Positions 21,802-31,327 of a DNA stretch of 64,000 bases are shown here, piece after piece. Below the pieces are notes generated by a model. The model did no database searches. It worked only from the letters and a program-made list of their open reading frames with translations, and was not told the DNA's origin. This DNA is from Candidatus Cloacimonadales bacterium (lineage in GTDB: Bacteria; Cloacimonadota; Cloacimonadia; Cloacimonadales; DAONDQ01): NCBI GenBank assembly GCA_963662275.1, contig OY759316.1, forward strand, positions 96,001 through 160,000, given 5' to 3'. A program made the position numbers and the translations under genes. Each line of letters opens with the position of its first letter. Within the stretch, counting starts at the first letter, position 1.

Positions 21802-24297
21802 CTAATACGGAAAATCCTTTCCAGCGATGATCTTTTCAATGAGAGAAGCCATCTCATCAGGAATCACCGGTTTCATAAGCATTTTTCTTATTCCAAGAAC
21901 CTTGGCTCGTTCTTTGGTTGCCTGGTCACTAAAACCACTACAGAGAATAACCGGAATATCCGGTCGAATTGCTAAAATCTCCTGGGCTAGTTGAATCCCT
22001 GTCATTCGGGGCATGGTTAGATCGGTAATTACGATATCAAATCGATTCGGATCCTTTTGGAATAATTCAAGAGCAGAATAACCGCTCATTACCGCTTCCA
22101 CATTATAACCATAATATGCTAATGACTCCTGGTACATTTCGGCAAGAGATTCTTCGTCATCAACAAAAAGAACACTGGCATTACCTTTCTTAGGAATTAA
22201 CTCACTTTCAGGAACTTCTTCGGATATTGTATCCAGAGAGGGAAGATATATCTCAAATGTAGAGCCTTCACCTACTTTAGAGTCAAAACGGATGATGCCA
22301 TTATAGGATTGGACAATACCTTGGACGATAGGCAGACCCATACCTGTACCCTCACCTTTAGGTTTCGTAGTGAAATATGGATCAAAAATTCTATCCTTGA
22401 TTTCATTACTGATCCCTGTACCATTATCCTGGACAGAGAGCTTCACATACTGATCATACGTGAATGGTATATGTTTGCGCTGCAATTCCTTGTGAGTGAC
22501 ATCCTCCAGTTTTACGGTCAACATTCCACCATTTGATTTCATGGCGTGTGAGGCATTTGTACACAAATTGATCATGACCTGTTGTATCTGTGTAGAATCG
22601 GCAGCTATCATTCTATTGCTTTTAATCTCAGTCTGAATTTCAATTGTTTGCGGAATTGAAGCACGGAGCAGTTTCAATGACTCAAGTAAAATCTGCTGAA
22701 TAGATATTGGTTTACTTTCCTGTTCAGAAGATCGACTATATGTCAGGATTCGCTGGATCAAATCACGGGCACGGTAACTGGCTTTAATTGCTTCATTCAA
22801 ATCCCCGGCAGCTTTACTTTCGGGGAGTACTTCATTTTTTACCAGTAGCATATAACCTAAAATAACTGCCAAGATATTGTTAAAATCATGAGCTATTCCA
22901 CCAGCTAGTGTTCCAACTGCTTCCATTTTTTGAGCTTGGCGTAACTGAAATTCGAGATTCTTTTTATCAGTAATATCGTGCCCCATGGCAAGCAGACATT
23001 CTTTATTATCAAAATTGATGATGTCTATAGCTAAGAGGAGAGTAAAAACTTCCCCAGTTTTTTTATGAAATTTTAATTCATAATTTGTATATTTCCCTTT
23101 CTCCAATAAGTGTCTTTTAATCCGGGCTATATCATTTATTGAATCCCAGAGACGCATACCGATTGTTGATTTTCCAATAACTTCTGACCTTAAAAATCCA
23201 AATGCAGTAGAAAAGGCATCATTAATCTCAATTAAAAGATCGTCTTCCATAGAAGAAATAAAAATAATATCGGGACTGCACTGAAAAACCTTGGTGAAGC
23301 GTTCTTCACTCTTTTTTCTTTCAATAATTTCTTCTTCCAGTTGCTTCCTTTGAACTACAGATTTGCTTATTAACCTTGAGATTTCCCCAAACTCTGTATC
23401 AGAAGTCGATAGAGTTTCTAATAAACCTGCTTTGTCTTGTTTTAAGCTTTTTGAGATCAACGTCAATGGATGATGAATCCATTTAAAAACGACATAAGAA
23501 AAAAGAATAATGAACAGGAATGTCACTAAAACAAACCAAATCATTGTTGTATTGCTAATCTGACGTGCACTATGCAGGAACTGATTATAAGCAAGAAACT
23601 GAATCTGTGCAACATCTATTCCTCTGAAATCCCTGGCAAACCTAGTGATATTGATATTATAGCCAGGTTCATTCCGGATAATCTGCCTTAAAACGATATG
23701 CACAATCTTGATTTTATAATTAGTCTGCTCTTCTAAAGAACTGATATAATTGCTAGTCCATTTGGTTCCTAAAAGTAAAAATCCTTCGGGAGCAGAGTTA
23801 CCGAATCTATCATTAGATGGGCGAATTGGTGCTCCGTTAATTTCAATTAATTCATCGTTCCGATATATATCAAAACTGAAAGATCGTTCTTTTACTAAAT
23901 TTATAAATATCGAATCAGGGATATCAGGAATAATCATTTTCATTGATGGTTTAACGGTTTTAGAATAAATGAGGTGTCCTGTTTTATCATAGATCCATAC
24001 AAAATCATACGGATTAGTTGATAGCATCGTATTCAGATAATTATCCATCCATGAGATCTTAGGGTCTTTCGTAAATTGAACCATTTCATCAAGGTTCGCA
24101 TAATCACCGAGAATCTTCTGATTATGTTCTTTTTTCAGGTTTAAAATCGTGTCTATGATGATATTACGCTGTTCAAGATCAGATAAAAGGAAAAGACTGT
24201 TTTCTTTTTCGATGGTGTACATAAAGAAATATATGAATGAAGAAAAAATGAGGATCATGAATAAATACAGAACCATGAGCTTTGTCGAAGCTTTCAT
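21802..24297 (-). CDS. Hybrid sensor histidine kinase (CHASE4-like sensor, PAS, HisKA, HATPase, REC)
   Basis: Two transmembrane helices; AGGIAHDFNNIL H-box; NLCTNA; DNGTG; FDPYFTTK..GTGMGL; C-terminal FVDDE..TDLTMP..KP. Confidence 0.93.
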   Translation of the reverse strand: MKASTKLMVLYLFMILIFSSFIYFFMYTIEKENSLFLLSDLEQRNIIIDTILNLKKEHNQKILGDYANLDEMVQFTKDPKISWMDNYLNTMLSTNPYDFVWIYDKTGHLIYSKTVKPSMKMIIPDIPDSIFINLVKERSFSFDIYRNDELIEINGAPIRPSNDRFGNSAPEGFLLLGTKWTSNYISSLEEQTNYKIKIVHIVLRQIIRNEPGYNINITRFARDFRGIDVAQIQFLAYNQFLHSARQISNTTMIWFVLVTFLFIILFSYVVFKWIHHPLTLISKSLKQDKAGLLETLSTSDTEFGEISRLISKSVVQRKQLEEEIIERKKSEERFTKVFQCSPDIIFISSMEDDLLIEINDAFSTAFGFLRSEVIGKSTIGMRLWDSINDIARIKRHLLEKGKYTNYELKFHKKTGEVFTLLLAIDIINFDNKECLLAMGHDITDKKNLEFQLRQAQKMEAVGTLAGGIAHDFNNILAVILGYMLLVKNEVLPESKAAGDLNEAIKASYRARDLIQRILTYSRSSEQESKPISIQQILLESLKLLRASIPQTIEIQTEIKSNRMIAADSTQIQQVMINLCTNASHAMKSNGGMLTVKLEDVTHKELQRKHIPFTYDQYVKLSVQDNGTGISNEIKDRIFDPYFTTKPKGEGTGMGLPIVQGIVQSYNGIIRFDSKVGEGSTFEIYLPSLDTISEEVPESELIPKKGNASVLFVDDEESLAEMYQESLAYYGYNVEAVMSGYSALELFQKDPNRFDIVITDLTMPRMTGIQLAQEILAIRPDIPVILCSGFSDQATKERAKVLGIRKMLMKPVIPDEMASLIEKIIAGKDFPY

Positions 24298-24370
24298 TAA
24301 CTCTCCTTTACATAAGAGACATTCATTTTATTAATCTTGGAAATTCAGATAATCTGCCTGATACGTCAAG

Positions 24371-24413
24371 AAAATAAAAAAACCGCTCGTTACTTATTAT
24401 GAAACAAGCGGTT
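24371..24413 (-). terminator. Probable intrinsic terminator after the 24433-27132 gene
   Basis: Stem aaccgctcgtt / aacaagcggtt followed by a T-run on the minus strand. Confidence 0.6.
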
Positions 24414-24432
24414 AATATAGTACTTTATGCTT

Positions 24433-27132
24433 TTAATGGATTCGAACCAACTTTCTTGTTATCGAGTTGCGAGGAGTTACTAATTTGTAGAAAAAGACAC
24501 CAGAACTGGTATCTTTTCCTATATCACTTTTTCCGTCCCAAGTCAAATTCGTAACACCTGATTGTAATGTGCCATTGTAAAGTGTGCGAATCAATTCGCC
24601 TTTGAGATTATAAATTTTTAAAGTCGCTTTCTCATTGTTACCACTGACCAGTTTCATCGTGGTAGAATCAGAAAATGGGTTTGGTGAAGTGGTTAACTGA
24701 ATCGCTGGAACAGCAGTTTGTCCTTGATCGTCATTTGGTGTACCAGTGCTAATCGTAACAGTAATAGAACTGCTTGAAAGCAAATTCACCCGGACATAGG
24801 CAATATTCTTGTCACCAGTTCTATCCACTTGTTCTAGTGTACCATTTTGAACGGTATAATTATCAGAACCATGAGGCATTTTGAATTTGACCATTGTATC
24901 TTGGAATGACAATGCCAGATTATTTGCAATAGTGGCTGAGACAGTCGAGGAATTACCATCGTTATTAGTTGAATAGCTGATTTGGATATTACTCCCATTA
25001 CTTCCGGCTCCGCTTGTAGTTTGCGGTTGAAGTGTAGAACCATTAACCCGAATTACTCGATATGCTCGATTTCCATCAACACAGCTTTTTGTTGCCAGAT
25101 CATAAGGTTGGGAAGTTGTAGAACCGGAGTTTGTGTGAATATGACCCCAAAGTCCCATATCGACTCCTAATTGAGTCAAATCCAATTGAGAAGAAAAGTC
25201 ATAATGATAAAACATGACATTCGTAGTTGCCTGGGAAACATTCAAATCATTCTGAAGCCACATCATCTGGGTTTGCGTAAAACTCTGATCTCCATAAATG
25301 GATTGCAGGTAATTCTCATAATTAATATAGGCATCCATTCCAATAAAATGTACTGGACCATAGTCAAAAGAATAATCCTGGGTATGATATGGATAACTGG
25401 CACTTGTATTGTTTAACCAAGACCAGCCAAAGAATCTGAACCAATCAACACGGGATGTACCAGCCGTTGGAGGTGTACTTGTCCATCCTCCAACATCATG
25501 ATTCCCTGTGATGATATATACTGGAACTTCAAGTTCACCAAGTATCCGTTTCGCTTTTGAAAACCAATACAAGCTTTGATAATCCTCCAATTCCCCTGAA
25601 TTTACTATATCTCCTGTAATAAGAACGAATTCCGGGTGTATGATATTGATGTCCCGTACAACTTCGCGGAAGTCATTCATAGCGGTAGAATCAGTATCAT
25701 AACCTGCATCGGGATAAAAAATATGAGTAGGTAAATGCAAATCCGTAACCTGTACAAAATAATAGTCAGTTTTTCGGGATGGCAGTACCTGTACAGAATG
25801 CTTTGTCATATCATTGATGTTACCGGAAGCAGTTACTTTCAAATTATATAAATCATAAACAGGAACATTCGGAACAGTGGCATGAATAACCCAACGTGGT
25901 GGACTCAGTTGATAATTGGCATCCGTTATCGACATAGGGATATCCGTAGTCCCTCGAGTTAAATGCAGATTCCAATTCGTCGTAGCCGTTGGAGCATTAC
26001 ATTCAACGGTCATAATTTCACCAGGTAGAACAATATTGGGCATCGTCGGTAAAGGACGCTGAATAACTGTTAGTATCTCCTGCACTTCAGGATGAATGAC
26101 GTAAACATCTACCTGACCCGGCATAATACCAGTTATGTCCGTATTATTATATTGAAATTGTGTTATTGTGATAGGTGTTGTACCTTCTTGGATCGCTGTG
26201 AAATTGAGAATAATCAACAAACCTGAACCAGTTAGTATTCCATTTCCAGAATAATTCACATTTAATACTCCAGGAGTATTCGTTACGTTGACGACTCCCT
26301 GTCCTGAGATTGTTGCCATTTGACTGTAACTCTGATAGCTGATATAGTTGGAGTTATATGTCATCGTAAAGTGATAACTGGTAAAACCTTGAGCCAAGGA
26401 TAGCGTGGAAGTATTGATGGCAATAGCAAAGCTGGTTCCCACTAATTGCGTCAATGTCGGTAGGCTAATGGATACGCCTTGCCCACCTAATTCCAAGTCT
26501 AAAGGACTTCGTGGATTGATAGTATAAGAATTGTAAGAAGAATAGAAACCAACCCCCCGTAAATAGCTGAACTGCAATCCGGGTGCAATCGTATAGCCGA
26601 GTGCTGTGGTGTCGATAAAAATATCATTGAAAACACAAGCTCCACTTCCATCGCTAACGGTCCATTCATTATATGAATTCAAACCTATTGTCACATGGGC
26701 ATTCTGAACTTGGACTAAAACACCTTCATAGATTTCTGAACATGCTTCAGAAGTAGCTACTTGCACTGCTGGAGGCATTGTATTGCCTGAACTTAACACT
26801 TGATAAGCAGTAATTGTGGTTAATTCAGTCATCCCGTTGTACTCTGTAACTAATCCAGTCATTTGAACCAGGTCGCCCTGTGCAGGAGAATGAGAATTTT
26901 CATAGATCAAAACACCTTTCCAAGCTCCACCTTCAGGCATAGATATTACATAGCCGTGACCATTCGCATAATTGGTGGCAGTGACAATACCTGAAGTCGT
27001 TACAGTTTGCCCTGATAGTAAAGATGGATACGTACCATCACCGGCTGCTGTTGTATATTGAATATCATATATTGTGGTTGCAGAAATGATTCCTGCAAGT
27101 AGTAGCAAAATACCAATGAATATACTTCTCAT
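24433..27132 (-). CDS. Secreted calcineurin-like metallophosphoesterase with N-terminal OB-fold-like region, cohesin-like domain and FlgD-Ig C-terminal domain
   Basis: Signal peptide; TIYDIQY..VTTSGIVTA N-terminus; metal motifs TDLH, TGDIVN, GNHD and GHIH; SPNPF..YNLKGELI..WDGK C-terminal domain. Confidence 0.82.
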   Translation of the reverse strand: MRSIFIGILLLLAGIISATTIYDIQYTTAAGDGTYPSLLSGQTVTTSGIVTATNYANGHGYVISMPEGGAWKGVLIYENSHSPAQGDLVQMTGLVTEYNGMTELTTITAYQVLSSGNTMPPAVQVATSEACSEIYEGVLVQVQNAHVTIGLNSYNEWTVSDGSGACVFNDIFIDTTALGYTIAPGLQFSYLRGVGFYSSYNSYTINPRSPLDLELGGQGVSISLPTLTQLVGTSFAIAINTSTLSLAQGFTSYHFTMTYNSNYISYQSYSQMATISGQGVVNVTNTPGVLNVNYSGNGILTGSGLLIILNFTAIQEGTTPITITQFQYNNTDITGIMPGQVDVYVIHPEVQEILTVIQRPLPTMPNIVLPGEIMTVECNAPTATTNWNLHLTRGTTDIPMSITDANYQLSPPRWVIHATVPNVPVYDLYNLKVTASGNINDMTKHSVQVLPSRKTDYYFVQVTDLHLPTHIFYPDAGYDTDSTAMNDFREVVRDINIIHPEFVLITGDIVNSGELEDYQSLYWFSKAKRILGELEVPVYIITGNHDVGGWTSTPPTAGTSRVDWFRFFGWSWLNNTSASYPYHTQDYSFDYGPVHFIGMDAYINYENYLQSIYGDQSFTQTQMMWLQNDLNVSQATTNVMFYHYDFSSQLDLTQLGVDMGLWGHIHTNSGSTTSQPYDLATKSCVDGNRAYRVIRVNGSTLQPQTTSGAGSNGSNIQISYSTNNDGNSSTVSATIANNLALSFQDTMVKFKMPHGSDNYTVQNGTLEQVDRTGDKNIAYVRVNLLSSSSITVTISTGTPNDDQGQTAVPAIQLTTSPNPFSDSTTMKLVSGNNEKATLKIYNLKGELIRTLYNGTLQSGVTNLTWDGKSDIGKDTSSGVFFYKLVTPRNSITRKLVRIH

Positions 27133-27277
27133 ATTTTTTCTCCATTAATGCTTACACTTCAATTGATATTTGATAAAGAAAGTAGTGAATGCTTGCGCTA
27201 CCAAACCAATTCGTGTTTATATATAAATAGTATGCAATTCTCATTCTCAGTTCAAGCCTATTTAATTCTTAAGACAT

Positions 27278-27308
27278 CACAAGGCTTGAGGTTTACTCAA
27301 GCCTTGTG
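27278..27308 (-). terminator. Stem-loop immediately downstream of gap (probable terminator)
   Basis: Perfect 13-bp stem cacaaggcttgag / ctcaagccttgtg with a 5-nt loop; poly-T tail is weak. Confidence 0.55.
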
Positions 27309-27329
27309 TTCATGAATTCAATTCAATGT

Positions 27330-28343
<1,014 letters not shown>

Positions 28344-28567
28344 CTATTTTATTGAATTTATCTGAAAGCTAAGATTTTGGAGTTCAAATTTCCTTCGCAT
28401 CTTTTAGGATAATTCAAGAAATAGGAAATTCGGACTTTACATGAAAACTGAGGTTTTGGAGTTCAAATGCCCTAAACAAATTATCATTGAATAACTGATT
28501 AAAAGGGCATGTGGACTTCAAACCCGACCTTTCATCATCTATAGCTAAAACTCCATTTCAGGTATGT

Positions 28568-29542
28568 TTACAAGAAAACACTTTGATTAGCACTGCCAGT
28601 CATCACGACAAAATCTTCAATTGTCTTCTGCACTGCAGCTTCTGTAGCTCCCATCCATTTGCGGGGGTCGAATTTGCTCTTATCTGGGAAATAATCATTT
28701 GGATTCACATCTGCTGGGCATACAATGGCATATTTTTCTTTTTCCCAGAACTTCTGAATTGCTGTAGCCATATCCATTTGGTATTGTGTATCCTTGTTGA
28801 TTTTTACAACTCCATTTTTGATGGCTAGATGTTGCTGTTCATCTGTAAGCCCTGATGCGCCATGTAAAACGATTCCTCTTTCAATGCCATTCGAGATAAG
28901 CAAATCATCAATCGCCTTGATCAGATCTAAATGAAGTACAACTTTTGCACCTTTAGTGACTCCGTGATTCGTACCAACCGAAGCAGCAAAAAGATCGACG
29001 TTCGTTTTCATCACAAATTCCAATGCTTCTTCCGGTTTTGTATATAATTCTGTATCAGACACGATCTCATCTTCAGAACCTTTGATGTGTCCTATTTCAC
29101 CCTCCACTAAGATATTGTATTTATGAGCAATACTAACAACTTCTTTGGTGATACGGATATTTTCTGCAAGTTCTTCTTTGGAAGCATCAATCATAACGGA
29201 AGATACCAATCCATTTTCCACACAATATACGATAAAATCGAAGTAATTTGGAGTTGCATGATCAATATGCAAACCAACACCGGAACTCTTATACTGATTT
29301 GATAATATCTTTATCGTATTGGAAATCAACTGAGCCCCAACTTTAATATCCTGGGTTGTACCGGCAGCATATTTCACTGCTCCAGAACTCATTTGCAGCA
29401 ATCCATCTGATTTCTTTGCTTCGTATCCCTGAACCAAGCCACGAATGGTTGAATCAAATACTACATTGGAAGCGATGATTCCGAAACGTTCTTTTTTAGC
29501 TTTCAGGAATACTTCTTTCAGTTTTGTTCCATCTAAAAACAT
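28568..29542 (-). CDS. fba: Class II fructose-bisphosphate aldolase
   Basis: LHIDH, SSVMIDAS, VEGEIG, SVGTNHG, VLHGASG and KINKDT motifs; lies upstream of gap. Confidence 0.9.
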   Translation of the reverse strand: MFLDGTKLKEVFLKAKKERFGIIASNVVFDSTIRGLVQGYEAKKSDGLLQMSSGAVKYAAGTTQDIKVGAQLISNTIKILSNQYKSSGVGLHIDHATPNYFDFIVYCVENGLVSSVMIDASKEELAENIRITKEVVSIAHKYNILVEGEIGHIKGSEDEIVSDTELYTKPEEALEFVMKTNVDLFAASVGTNHGVTKGAKVVLHLDLIKAIDDLLISNGIERGIVLHGASGLTDEQQHLAIKNGVVKINKDTQYQMDMATAIQKFWEKEKYAIVCPADVNPNDYFPDKSKFDPRKWMGATEAAVQKTIEDFVVMTGSANQSVFL

Positions 29543-29565
29543 AATTTCTCCTTTTTTCTAATGTA

Positions 29566-30462
29566 TTACAAGCGGAGTATTTTTTCCACAATATCTTTTG
29601 TTGTGATTACTCCGACTACTTTTTTATCCTTCTCGGCTACTGTCAAATGATACAAATTATTCTTTAACATGACAAACACGACTTCTACCATCGTACTACT
29701 AGGTGGTACTGTCTTTTGCAGTTTAATGATATTTTTTATCAGCATGGTTTTTTCTTTCTTCAGGAACTCCTGGAATGGCTCTAGGTTCAAGAGGAAGGAA
29801 AGATCTTCCATCATAAATACGTACTCGGGGAGACTGAGCCTGAGGATATCCAGGTTGTTGATTTCACCAACATATCGATCGTTATCATCCACCACAGGTA
29901 AAAAACCCATATGATTCTTCTTCATAAGATCTGTTACTTCTTGGACAGTCGAATCTTTAGATATGGTGATGGGGAGTGTCATGATATCTCGGGCAAGTAA
30001 ATTCGTTTCTAATTCTACTTCGGTCATTTTCACAAGATCCAGGATCTGTTGACCATTCGAACTTTGAATAATCTGCTTATAAATATGTTCAAATCGTGAA
30101 GATATTTTAGCAAAACCAGCTACTGTCTTCAAGTAGAGCGATGCTTTTTCTGGCGAAGTAATGATCATGACGATCATTCGAACTTCTTCCTTCTCAAAAA
30201 CAACAGGTTTTTTAAAGGTCGCTATTGATACCGCTAATTCTGAAAATCCATCTACTCTTGCATGAGGAATAGACATGCCACCCGGATATACCATTGATCC
30301 CAATTTTTCCCTCTCTTCCAATCCTTGAAGACAAATGGAAGTATCCAAATGAGGATAGACTTTATGCATTTCCTCCAATAAAAACTTGTATACTGGTATT
30401 TTCCCATCCATCTGAAGATTTGGAAAGATAAGTTCGGGTTTTACAAGACTGGCTAAATTCAT
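29566..30462 (-). CDS. PTS EIIA (Ntr/Fru-type) domain fused to a CBS pair
   Basis: EREKLGS..SIPHAR (phospho-His) followed by two CBS repeats. Start moved to ATG 30462 (GGAGG RBS). Confidence 0.85.
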   Translation of the reverse strand: MNLASLVKPELIFPNLQMDGKIPVYKFLLEEMHKVYPHLDTSICLQGLEEREKLGSMVYPGGMSIPHARVDGFSELAVSIATFKKPVVFEKEEVRMIVMIITSPEKASLYLKTVAGFAKISSRFEHIYKQIIQSSNGQQILDLVKMTEVELETNLLARDIMTLPITISKDSTVQEVTDLMKKNHMGFLPVVDDNDRYVGEINNLDILRLSLPEYVFMMEDLSFLLNLEPFQEFLKKEKTMLIKNIIKLQKTVPPSSTMVEVVFVMLKNNLYHLTVAEKDKKVVGVITTKDIVEKILRL

Positions 30463-30954
30463 AATTCCTCCAACAGTTACATCACCATTTTTCTGCATCA
30501 AACACATGCTGAATACAAAATATTCATTTTGTTTAAAAACTTCTATATAAAATCTATACGTCAAGTTAAAAAAAGGGAATTCTTAATTTTTATCTTCCCG
30601 ATATTCTATCTGACACCATATACTGCATGTCATTTACATCTCTTTTTTCTCCATTCAATAAACACTATACATCCTCTATCCATAAAGCATCCATAAAGCA
30701 TGCCTTGGAAGAAATTGAAACTTGTATATATTTTGATAATGATTTGTTATGGTTTTTTTTCTTCTAAGCTATCTATTGAGATTTAAAGAAGCGGGATTAG
30801 TTAAGAGTTCCAGCAACCCTTGGAGTTCAACTTGTCAAAATAATCTTTCCATAAATCTAATCTGATAGGCAAGTTGGACTTCAAGCCCGAATTGAACTCC
30901 AAATCCTTACACTCAGCTTTTCAAACGCTCCAACACTAAAAAGACCCCCCTACC

Positions 30955-31257
30955 CCCCTTCTCAAGGGGGGATTTAGGCAGTCCCCTTCTCAAGGGGGGA
31001 TTTAGGCAGTCCCCTTCTCAAGGGGGGATTTAGGCAGTCCCCTTCTCAAGGGGGGATTTAGGCAGTCCCCTTCTCAAGGGGGGATTTAGGCAGTCCCCTT
31101 CTCAAGGGGGGATTTAGGCAGTCCCCTTCTCAAGGAGGGATTTAGGCAGTCCCCTTCTCAAGGAGGGATTTAGGCAGTCCCCTTCTCAAGGAGGGATTTA
31201 GGCAGTCCCCTTCTCAAGGAGGGATTTAGGCAGTCCCCTTCTCAAGGAGGGATTTAG
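30955..31257. repeat. Tandem array of a 28-bp REP-derived unit (ccccttctcaagg[g/a]gggatttaggcagt), 11 copies, no spacers
   Basis: Units start at 30955, 30983, ... 31235; copies 1-6 have GGGGGG, copies 7-11 have GGAGGG, and the last is truncated. An inverted REP copy follows at 31294-31324. Confidence 0.95.
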
Positions 31258-31327
31258 ATGATCATCCATCTCTATGGGAGATTGTAACTATGAATCCCCC
31301 CTTGAGAAGGGGGGTAGGGGGGTCGGT

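Noticed and set aside
5280..27132. Proof of a type IX secretion system
   Set aside because: The C-terminal domains resemble FlgD-Ig/T9SS sorting domains, but no por/spr/gld machinery genes are in the window.
30955..31257. CRISPR array
   Set aside because: The 28-bp units are head-to-tail with no unique spacers, derive from a dispersed REP, and there are no cas genes in the window.
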